This document shows, in pieces, positions 54,621 to 64,000 of a DNA stretch of 64,000 bases. Origin of the DNA: Leucoraja ocellata. Lineage: Eukaryota. Location: the NCBI GenBank assembly GCA_036785375.1, contig JAWMAR010000079.1, forward strand, positions 434,001-498,000, in the 5' to 3' direction. A program made the position numbers and the translations under genes. How positions within the stretch are numbered: the stretch's first letter is position 1; the number at the start of each line of letters is the position of its first letter. Under the pieces are notes generated by a model that saw only the letters and a program-made list of their open reading frames with translations, had not been told where the DNA came from and ran no database searches.

Positions 54621-55464
54621 TAAAACATGGTGCACAAAACACCCCTTCCTTTGCATTTTTTATTTATTCTCGCCTCTTCATGGTGACATATGACTCTTCA
54701 TGCATGTTCCTCAAATTTAAAAATCATTAATTTCACGTGATGGCACTGTCTCATTTAAACTGGCTAATGATGTACGGAATTGTTGATGATTATGCAGCAT
54801 AGTTGTTGATTAAAGACTTAAGTTGTATGTAAGTTTGGGAATTAAGTTCATATATGGAGATGTAAGTCGCATGCTGCGTGTCACAGAATCTGTTTATTTT
54901 AGAATGAGAAAATGTTGTCTGTCCAATTAAGCCAGTTATAATTAAACACCGATTATATCAATTTGGTCTTTGCTTAATTAAATATGTTCTCTGCTATTAT
55001 TAGCTATATTTGAATGTTGGACTTGCAGAGCTTTGGCTATCATTTAATGAGTGGCAGAGCAAGAAGACAACCCAGCTTACAAAACTAATAGTAGGATCAC
55101 GCACACATTTGCCTCTTAATTTCCCCGACATACGGTGCTGAGGTTAAATCAGAACATAGGGCCTAGTTCTTCTGGTTAAGTGCTAATCAGTCATTTCCAG
55201 ATGAGCCACTGGAGGGAACCCTTACCCAGCATTTTAAAATGGCTCCGGAGGAATAACATCTCATGGCAATAATCTTCACATTTTTGACAAGGGAGACAAT
55301 TTGGGCTCTCCCTAATTATTATGTTGTTAGACTTGCTGGCCACTTATTACACCACGGAGTGCCACAAATAGTAAGATGATTGGCCTATTATTTTTCACGA
55401 TTGGAGTGAATACATCCAATACTCTGAATTCACAGCTCTTCAGAGTGAAGTTAGAGCATCCAAA

Positions 55465-55693
55465 ATGTTCATGTTCTCCCTGTGACCATGCTGATTTCCT
55501 CCAAATGCTCCAGTTTCTTCCCACACCCCAAAAAAAGTTTGCAGGTTAATTGGCCTTTCTAAAATTACCCCTTATGTATCAGAAGTGGATAAGAAAGTGA
55601 TGTTGCATAGAACTAGTTTAGATGGATGATCATTATCTCATGGACTCAGTGGGTCGAAGGGTCTGTTTCCATGCTGTATAACGAAACTAAACC
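55465..55693 (+). mobile_element. V-SINE 3' part
   Basis: gttctccctgtgacc...gcaggttaattggc...aaactaaac. Confidence 0.7.
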
Positions 55694-55710
55694 TGAATTA
55701 GCGGGGAGGT

Positions 55711-55946
55711 CACAGAGTGGTGAATCTCTGGAACTCTCTGCCACAGAGGGTAGTTGAGGCCAGTTCATTGGCTATATTTAAGAGCGAGTTAGATGTGGCC
55801 CTTGTGGCCAAGGGGATCAGAGGGTATGGAGAGAAGGCAGGTACGGGATACTGAGTTGGATGATCAGCCATGATCATATTGAATGGCGGTGCAGGCTCGA
55901 AGGGCCGAATGGCCTACTCCTGCACCTAATTTCTATGTTTCTATGT
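55711..55946 (+). mobile_element. Young CR1-type LINE 3' end
   Basis: Near-identical to the reverse complement of 53645-53878. Confidence 0.9.
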
Positions 55947-56072
55947 CATTGGAAGATGATGTGTGCTAGTTGTTAGTCACAGTTCTGGGATCATTCTCTC
56001 TATATATTTACCTGTGCTGTGTGGTGAAGACTTTTGGGGTATATATTAATGTTCTGTTTTTGCTCAACACAG

Positions 56073-56220
56073 CTCCAATGTGAAGAATCCGACAAGTTCC
56101 AAGCATTTCAACCATGAACCGAGCACGGGTGCCAGGCGGCCAGGAGTAATGCCACTGCCAGTTCCTCGTGGCAGCACCAACCAACGGTCTTTCCTCAAGC
56201 CTTCCTACTCTTTAAGTTAA
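56073..56220 (+). CDS. BLM: BLM exon 22 (stop)
   Basis: ...RRPGVMPLPVPRGSTNQRSFLKPSYSLS*; conserved BLM C-terminal FLKPSY. Confidence 0.93.
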
Positions 56221-56605
56221 CCCTTGGTTTTCGCCTGACTGTGCGCAATCCTTCACATTCCTGTGCAAAGAGCAAATGGATGGTGTGGGACTGGATCTAT
56301 AAGGAAAATGGAATCCCAACGCATTTTCTTGTTAGTTTAATTCAAGTTCCAAGTATGCCAACCTGGAAAAGATCTGATGAATTAAGCTGCTGTTTTGTTG
56401 AATCCAATCCATCTCATTTGATTAAAGACTATCCACTATGGCAAATTAAGGTAGTACCCTCTGAGTTATGCTGCTACATTGATCAGCAGTCAAAGCTACT
56501 TTTGCTTCAATACGTTGGTGGCTGTGAAGACGTAACATTTAAAATCTAAGGTACTTTGTACCCGAAGAATACTTTTGCTTTGAGATCAGGGTGGAATTCC
56601 TTGAC

Positions 56606-56611
56606 AATAAA
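56606..56611 (+). terminator. Candidate proximal polyadenylation signal for BLM (further copies near 57294, 57338, 57559)
   Basis: AATAAA followed by a GT-rich tract. Confidence 0.4.
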
Positions 56612-57103
56612 TCTCATGTTGTGTTCACTTAATGTCTGATCCCTAAAGCTGTTTTATTTAACTGGCCAGTTCCTCTAAACAACTGTGGAATTGCAATGTT
56701 GCTTAAATTTAACAATTTAGGATGTTTGCTGTTTTTTAAATCTGTCTATAAAATCTGTATTCTTCATATGTGTCATATGTAAATTAAATTAATTCTATAT
56801 TTTAATTCTTGAAGCTAGGTTACCAGGTTTGGAAATTGTATTTATGCTGTGAAATTCAATTGTTCAGTAATTTATTTTTGCCTGCCCCCTTTTTATTCAT
56901 CCTTAATATTCTGTAGCCTCGCTCACTTGAAAAGTGTCAGATTATCATTCCTGACCAAGTTTTTTGAAGGTCACTCAGGTGGGAGATGGTATCTGTTTGG
57001 TTGTCGATCCCATTTTGCTTACCTTCTCCTTCTCTGTGATTTCTGTGCATAATACTGCCGGTATAATGCTCATGTCCAAGTATAAAACCTGATGTCATAT
57101 TTA

Positions 57104-57228
57104 GACACAAAATGCTGGTGTAACTCAGCATGACAGGCAGCATCTCTGGATAGAAGGAATGGGTGACGTTTCGGGTCGAGACCTTCTTCAAACCTATCTA
57201 AAGAAAGGTCTAGACCTGAAACGTCACC
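57104..57228. mobile_element. Penelope-derived element with short inverted arm, downstream of the BLM stop
   Basis: gggtgacgtttcgggtcgagacc / ggtctagacctgaaacgtcaccc; flanking CATATTTA repeats. Confidence 0.75.
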
Positions 57229-59165
57229 CATATTTATTGGGCTCATATTGTACATTAATTATGGACAGAATCTTAAAGTAACTTAAACTACAAAATAAAG
57301 GGATCCTGGGCTGCCGAGTTTATTCTGAAGAACAAGAATAAACAATAACATGAAAATTAGTCTAGTAGCTAATTTCATGTATCCTCAATGTGTCAATCAA
57401 GTGTGTTGCCACAAGTTAAGTTTCAAAGGTCACAAAATGGATCTTTCCAGCTGAATTTTTGCATTCCATGAATACAAAGCTAGGGTTTCAGTTTTAACAG
57501 TTGTATTATGGTAAAACGTGAAATATTTACTTGAATTCTTATAGAATACGCATGGTCCAATAAAGGATTAGAAATTTTACTGGTCATGTTTGAAAGGAAT
57601 TTGCATTTACAGAAGAGTGAAACTAGACTTTATTGTGACTAACTATATAATTGTGTTTTGTCAGGCAGTTCCTTTAGAATGGTGTTGATTCAAAGAATCA
57701 TTACAGCACTAAGGTCATTTGTCAACTTGGAGGTGAGGACACTACTAATTTGAAGAGTAAGGTGACCATTGGGTCTCTTGAAGCCTGGAAGTGATTTCTG
57801 ATCCCTCAAGATGAATGTACTTGAGGGCATCTTTTTCTGAAACATTGAGATAGATTTGTTAAATGCTTGATTAACAGAGTAACTGTCTTCCTTGATGAGC
57901 AGTTAGTTCTTTGGGAAAATCGGCACCCACGGTATTTGCTGTGTCTCCCACAAGACAAATGTAATACACTTCCAGAGCTAATAGTTAATTTTGTTTAGTC
58001 CATACTATAAAGCATAGTTTTGTTGATGCTGCAAGATTTAATGAGTGACTAAAATACATCAGACGTTCATCTGTTTTTAATTTCTGTTAATAAATTGATA
58101 ATAATTATATTCATCTTAGTATTAATAGTTATAGCTTGCTCTGCCTTACAAGAGGTGCAATCTTCAGCACTGGGGAATTTAGAGGCCATGTTGAGGAAGT
58201 ACAGAATAAATTAGCCATAAATCCGATTTACAAGCAGAATGTAACGATCTCCATGACAGCAAAATTATGTGGGAGAAAGTCCGATGAAGAATGGTTGTTT
58301 GTTAAGAGAATAAAAAACCTACAGAGTTGAGTTTCTTATGGTTTCAAATTCCTAGGAGTAAATATCACCATCAGCTTCTCCTAGACTACCCATACTGAAA
58401 TAATGGTCAAGAAAGCACACCAATGCCTCTTCCTTAGATGGCTTGAGAAGTTTGGCATGTCCCCAACAACTCTCACTAACTTTTACAGAAGCGCTGTTGA
58501 AATAATTTTATCGGGATGCATCACAGCTTGATTTTGGAAAAGCTCCATCCAAGACTGCAAGAAATTGCAGCGAATTGTGGACACATCTCACAAACAAACC
58601 TCCCTTCCATTGACTCAATTTATGTAGCCTCGGCAAGACATCAGTATAAGCAAGGACAGTCACACCATGGCCACTCCCACTTTGCCCTCCCATCAGGCAA
58701 AAGTGTGAAATTGCACACCTCCAGATTCAGAAGCAGTTTATTGCCAGCTGTTATCAGGAAATTGATCTATCCCACCACAATAAGTGAGTTTGGTATTCCG
58801 AAATTACCCAGGGCAGTCGGTTAACCCAGCGGGACAGGCAGAGTTGAGCTGGTGTTAGCACTTCTTCTCCGCGCTGGCCATGAGCTTGAGGCTGCCACTG
58901 CTTTGGGCCGCTGTCCCATCAGTCCAGGGTCACCCCGAACATCTCCGGCCGCCCCCAGACAGGGATGGGACACTTGGGAGGAGACGAGGACGGTCCAGTT
59001 GCAATTTAACAGTGCTTGCAGTGCTGGAGACCCGGGTTTGATCCTGACTACAGATGAAATGCAGGTCTGTATACATGCAGCAGCTCAGCTGGATAGTGAC
59101 CTATGACCTGGGCATGCGCAGTTGAAATATCGAACTCGCTTATTAGAGAACAGTGTTGAACTGCT

Positions 59166-59262
59166 GGTAGACACAAAATGCTGGAGTACCTCAGCGGGAA
59201 AGGCAGCATCTCTAGGGAGAAGGAATAGGTGACGTTTCGGGCCGAGACCCTTCTTCAGATCC
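59166..59262 (-). mobile_element. Penelope-derived short element with intact hammerhead-like core (59231-59258)
   Basis: Minus strand CTGAAGA-A-GGGT-CTCG-GCCC-GAAAC-GTC; TSD TGAACTGCT at 59157-59165 and 59263-59271. Confidence 0.8.
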
Positions 59263-59444
59263 TGAACTGCTATCTACCTCATTGGAGACCCTCGGACTGT
59301 GTTTGATCGGACTTTGCTGGCTTTATCTTGCACTAAACGTCATTCCTTTATCATGTGAATGGGTCGATTGTAATCATGAATTGGCTTTCTGCTGACTGGT
59401 TAGCACGCAACAAAAGCTTTTTGTTGTACTTCAGTACACGTGAC

Positions 59445-59756
59445 TGTGCATCTAGGCTACACCAGTACGTCAATGACCTCATGGATGTCCCTGGCCAGGA
59501 CCTGCCCTGAAAGCAGTGGACAACCCTCAACCGCTTGAGGACAGGCATAGGACGACACTATGGATTAGCGATGAAGTGGTGGGGCCTCGTGGACAGCGCC
59601 TCCTGCAAGTGTGGGGACCCAACACAGACAGTGGAGCACATAGTCACCAGTTGCCCCCCAAACACTGGCCACCAAATGGTGAACGAGGTCTGATTGACCT
59701 GGAGGATGACACGTTGGCCTGGCTCGCCTCAACGGAGCTGATAGGACAGAAGAAGA
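59445..59756 (+). mobile_element. Vingi/Ingi-like (I-group) LINE 3' end
   Basis: WTTLNRLRTGIGR...WG...CKCGDPTQTVEHIVTSCP (CCHC finger), (GAA)n tail, TSD AGTACACGTGAC at 59433-59444 and 59757-59768. Confidence 0.75.
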
Positions 59757-59859
59757 AGTACACGTGACAATAAACTAAACTAGAGAGTTCAATAATCGAA
59801 CCATGATGACTAGGTGCAGAGCAAAGATACTAGAGCCTTTGGTGCAGAGTGTTGTTGTT

Positions 59860-60430
59860 GTTTCCGGCTTTGCCGTCGCCCTGCGCGCGTTGGAAGATGG
59901 CGGCTGTGAATACGCTCTATCAAAACCACGGGAAAATGGCGCGGAGATTCAACCGCCCGGGCGCGCGCTGGAGACAGACAGAGCGCGGGAGATGGGAGGA
60001 GGGCGGACTGTGGGCGGGGACGGAGACGGAGACGGACTCCATGCCTGTTATACAATCTGCGCTTACATAAGGTCGCAGGGAAGGGCAAAAATACTAAAGG
60101 CTCCTCGAGTGTCTTTGGGGGAAAGAGGACGTTTCCACCACTCCTGAGTTGGCCCAGGACTGATTCTCGCCGCTGTCCCTTCCCCCCGATACCAGATGAA
60201 GGCGGCCGGCACCAGGCTCTCTGTCCGGCTGGAGAGCCTCAAGCGTCTGCCCGCGGTCGGCGCTCCCGAGGCAGCGGGCAATGAACGGCTGTCCAAGAGG
60301 CCCACACGCCCGGTGCAGGGCAACGCGAGTGGACGGCAACTTGCGGCCCAGTCCGGGGCCACGGCGGCCGGCGACTCTGATGGCGATAGCACCGGGGATG
60401 AGCAGGTAGCGGCGAGGAGCTTGAGGGGTG
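59860..60430 (+). promoter_or_regulatory. WDR76: WDR76 CpG island/promoter
   Basis: Strong CpG enrichment. YY1-type AAGATGGCGGC at 59894-59904 and AAAATGGCG near 59933; E2F-like GGCGCGG and GCGCGGGA; GC box GGGCGG. Confidence 0.75.
60196..60405 (+). CDS. WDR76: Probable first or early coding exon of WDR76
   Basis: MKAAGTRLSVRLESLKR...DSDGDSTGDEQ, phase-0 donor CAG|gtag in frame with the next exon. The ATG is directly preceded by a pyrimidine tract plus cag, so an upstream exon may exist. Confidence 0.6.
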
Positions 60431-60709
60431 TAAAATGTGAGGCGGGGGGTGAGGGGGATGTGAGTGTTTGGGTGTAGGACAGTGAGTCAGGATACATTTG
60501 GGTGCCATAGGTGGGTTGTGATTGGGGTGCATTGCGGTTCAGAGGAGGGTGGATGATGGTGGGTTCTGGTGTTGGAGCAGTTGGAGATAAGTTGCAGAGT
60601 GTTGGAGGCAAAAGACTGCATTGAAGGATGAGTACATTAAAATGAATGCAGTCATCTTTTCACTATATGATAATATCTGAAGCCTTCGAATTTTTCTTTT
60701 TCTTAATAG

Positions 60710-60805
60710 TTTAACCAGTCTGAGGAGTTGTCAGTCTACGAAAAAAAACGATTGAAAAACATTCAGGAAAATGCTGAGTTCTTTGCATCATTAAACATTC
60801 TGGAG
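60710..60805 (+). CDS. WDR76: WDR76 coding exon
   Basis: FNQSEELSVYEKKRLKNIQENAEFFASLNILE matches the WDR76/Cmr1 N-terminal LSxYExKRLKNIxEN motif; an alternative in-frame acceptor would start the exon at 60719. Confidence 0.88.
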
Positions 60806-60894
60806 GTAAGTCGACAGGAAGGAGATAGAGAACTTAATAACATGATGGACAACAACCTCTCCCTCAATGTCAGTAAGATGAAGGAGTTCGGTAT

Positions 60895-61195
60895 AGGGTG
60901 GTTGAACGAAAGGTCACTGGGTCATAGGGCTCGATGCACGGAGCCGCTGAATCCAACTGGAAGACATCCGTCACTTCCGGTACATGTTATTAATGCTAGA
61001 AACGCGTACTTTCCTACCTGTGAAAAACCGCCAAAATGTTGAATTTGTGCGCTGAAAAAAATTGTGGGAGTCGGGGTAAGTGTGAGAGACATGTACCCAA
61101 CTGCCTACCTGCAGTACATCGCGTGTAATCCATTTGGAGTAGTCTAGCAACAGTACGGGTCATGGGTCGTGACCCGACTGCCGTGAAACCTCCCT
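60895..61195. mobile_element. Non-autonomous DNA transposon (MITE) with AT TSD, ISL2EU-like
   Basis: Left end AGGGTGGTTGAACG versus right end (reverse complement) AGGGAGGTTTCACG; AT on both flanks; interrupts a Rex-like fragment. Confidence 0.65.
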
Positions 61196-61197
61196 AT

Positions 61198-62000
61198 TGA
61201 CTTCAGGAAGCCTGGTGTATTACCTGCCCCGATCAGCATCATCAAAGGTGCCAAAATGGTTGCAAGTTCTGTGGTGTTAATAGTACCAAGAATTGGTCAG
61301 GGAGGGATATGGACCAAATGCATGCAGGTGGAACTAATGTAGCTGGGACATATAATGGTCCTCGTGGGCAAGTGGGGCTGAACCACATTAATGTGACATC
61401 AAAGAAGGCACACCAATGCCTATACTTCCTTGGGAGACAGGAAGTTTGGCATGTCTCCAATGAGTCTTACAGATACACTGTACGAAGCAATCCGTAAGGT
61501 TGCATCACAATTTGCATTTGGGAATAGATCTGCCAAAGAGCATGAGAAATTACAGTTGTAGACGTAACCCACTCCATCACACAGGCTTTCCACTATTGAC
61601 TCCATCTACGCTTGACGCTGCCCTGGAAAAGCAGGCAACATAATCAAGGGTTTGTCACGCGTCATTGTCATTCGTCTTTCTCCCTGCTCCCGTGTGGCTG
61701 AAGGTACAGAAGCTTGAAAGTGCACACCACTGGACTCAGCAATAACTTGTTTCCCTTTGTTATCAGGCATCTAAAAGGTATTTCTATGAGCTGGGGTACA
61801 GTCCGATTCACATCTACCCCATTGTGGACATTGGACTTTGTCTCTGGAACTGATGTGCTACAGTGCTGAGAACTCTGTCATCCCCTTCCCTCTGCCTATT
61901 GTACTTGAGTTTGACATTGTATTTATGTATACTATCTGATTGGACAGCATGCAAAACAGCGCTTTTCACTGTACCTCAGTACATGGGGCAATAATAAGCC
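61198..62000 (+). mobile_element. Rex1/Babar-like LINE 3' fragment (5' part at 60845-60892)
   Basis: NNLSLNVSKMKE...IDFRK, KKAHQCLYFL and the tail. Confidence 0.72.
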
Positions 62001-62689
62001 CAATTACCAACAGTGTTACATTATTTAAACTCAAGGCATTTGTTAGAATGAACATTTGAAATTCATGCTTACAAATAAAAACTATAATTGGGTAAACAGT
62101 TGCCTTCCTAAAATTAGATGTGGTAGGCATGGGCAGATTATTTAACTGCTCATGATGTGGACAGCATTTATTTACTATGGGCATTCTGTGGCAATTGTGG
62201 GAGTCAGCTGAGACTCAATCACCGTGATGGCTCTGGGGTCCAGCATCTTTGGGGACATAAGTGAATCGGTGTCTTTTTGAGGTTTCCTGGTTACTCCGAT
62301 GTTTTTGAAGTCCAGATTTATTTAATTATTTGTTTAAATTGCCTGTTTGATGGGTCAAATTCTGGTTTCTGAACTCCAGCGGCTTGTCATACTATAGCCC
62401 AATTGTCTGAGGTTGTTTTCCTCGGAGCAATGAATGTTTACAGCAGGTTCTTTCAATCCTGAAAGATTGGGGATAGATCGGTTTTGAATGGCTAATAAAT
62501 CAAAGACCAACAGATATTGGCTTAAGGTATTTGGAAAAGATACCAGAGGCAGTTACATGAAGCATATTTATTAATGCATCAGAAAGGGCACTAAAGATTT
62601 GGTGTTAACTTTCAAAAAGGATTTGTATGAAAATTTGAAGATAAAATCTTTGCAGCTTAGTTGACAAACATACAATAGTGATATAGGAC

Positions 62690-62973
62690 ACCAGGTCCTA
62701 CTACGGTAAACGCACGAGTTACTACGGTATGACTACGTGTTAAAAAGTATCAAATTTTTACATCCCGAGTATATTGTACTCGTGGACATTTTTTAACATG
62801 TTGAAAAATCTTCACGAGTTACCACGTTTCCCGAGTACCTGCCGTTAGTGCTAAGAGACATCCCGTGCTCCGACGTACCTGCTACGTTCATTCTACGTGC
62901 TTACCACGAATTTTGATTTTTTTTTTAAACTCGGGAGAACTCTTAGGTGAACTCGCACAGTGGGACAGGGCTT
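62690..62973 (-). mobile_element. Harbinger-like MITE, third member (left end missing or divergent)
   Basis: Reverse-complement homology to 30888-31100; TTTTTTAACATGTTGAAAAA; terminus CAGTGGGACAGGGCTT followed by TAA. Confidence 0.78.
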
Positions 62974-63723
62974 TAAGGATCAATGTGGAGCCACAAGAAA
63001 TGGGTGAAGTCTTCAATGAACACTGCTCAGCTGTATTTATTGTGGGAAAGGACATAAAAGCTTGTGAGTTCAAGGGAGGAAACTGGTATCGCTGGGTTCT
63101 TTACAAAGAAGGAGGTGATAGAGGTCTTGAAACTCATAGACAATACAGAAAAAATTCCCAAGAATGTTGCCTGTTTATACAGTGATATGTACAGGAAAGG
63201 TTTAGAGATCTATGGTCAAATGGGACTAGCACAGTATGGCAACTTGGTCGGCATGAACAAGATAGGCCAATGGGTTGTTTCTGTTCTGTCTGATTCTATG
63301 ACGGTATGCAAAGACCAAGAGTAGTTTTGGATGAATCCACCAAGATCCAGCACAGGCATGGATGAGCCACATGATGAATAATTCAGTATAATAAAATAAA
63401 TTGCTCAGAACAAGAGAATTCTAGGTACTTGGTACTTGACAGTGCTGTCCATGACTACAAGGTGTGGCTTCAACACTGCAGTGCCATTGGGTGTAACGAG
63501 CACAGGGTTGTGTCTGTTGAGACTACTGCTCAGCCTAATGTGGCCTGGAGTCGATTGTATATGGGGAAAATAGAAGTGTCTTAAATTCCAAATATCTAAA
63601 CTGTTGTTTTTACCAATTTTTGGTGCTGTCCTTTCATCCATTCTGTTCAGAACCAAGGCTCATTCAGTTGTAGGAATTTGAAAATATGGTCTACTGACCT
63701 GTGGAATTTCTCTTGTCTTACAG

Positions 63724-63785
63724 ACGGCTAAAATGCTTTGGAAAGTTAGTGGAAAAGGACCTAAGAGACAGAATACACCCAAAAG
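63724..63785 (+). CDS. WDR76: WDR76 coding exon (gene continues beyond the window)
   Basis: Pyrimidine tract plus cag|, TAKMLWKVSGKGPKRQNTPK, AG|gtatg; phase 0 start fits the previous exon. Confidence 0.75.
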
Positions 63786-63809
63786 GTATGAATCTGCAGT
63801 AACCAAAGA

Positions 63810-63904
63810 CTGAAAAAGGGTCTTGACCCGAAATGCCACCTATTCCTTTTATCCAGGGATACTGCATGATCCGTTGAGTTACTTCAGCTTTTTGTGTCTA
63901 TCTT
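63810..63904 (+). mobile_element. Penelope-derived short element in a WDR76 intron
   Basis: ctgaaaaagggtcttgacccgaaatgcc...; TSD CAGTAACCAAAGA at 63797-63809 and 63905-63917. Confidence 0.75.
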
Positions 63905-64000
63905 CAGTAACCAAAGAGGATGTGGAACGACTTGATTTCGGTATTGTTCAACACTTGATTACTTGTGGGTCAGGTCGCATTACTCGTTCTCTGTATATAT

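Noticed and set aside
60063-60611. 182-aa minus-strand ORF and other overlapping ORFs in the CpG island
   Set aside because: Expected from stop-codon depletion in GC-rich sequence; no splice or homology support for a divergent gene.

Overview
Vertebrate genomic DNA, most likely a cartilaginous fish (skate or ray), inferred from the HE1/V-SINE-like, CR1/HER1-like, Rex1/Babar-like and Penelope-like repeats. Three intron-containing genes lie in tandem on the + strand. (1) The 3' part of cathepsin H (8 coding exons, 1295-13625). (2) A complete Bloom syndrome RecQ helicase gene BLM: a probable non-coding exon 1 ending at 18491 plus 21 phase-consistent coding exons at 20163-56220, 4371 nt, about 1456 aa. 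(3) The 5' start of WDR76 (60196-63785, running off the window). There is a 140-nt assembly gap at 28151-28290. Most ORF-track entries are spurious or retroelement debris. The most interesting non-genic signal is a family of about 17 short Penelope-derived insertions. They carry a hammerhead-ribozyme-like core (CUGANGA-stem II-GAAAC-GUH), are often foldback palindromes, and often have target-site duplications (TSDs). Also present: a Harbinger-like MITE family with a shared central palindrome, an AT-TSD MITE, a Vingi/Ingi-like LINE tail, nested insertions and a local inverted duplication upstream of the BLM promoter. All calls were made by eye without database searches, and repeat boundaries are approximate unless TSDs are quoted.
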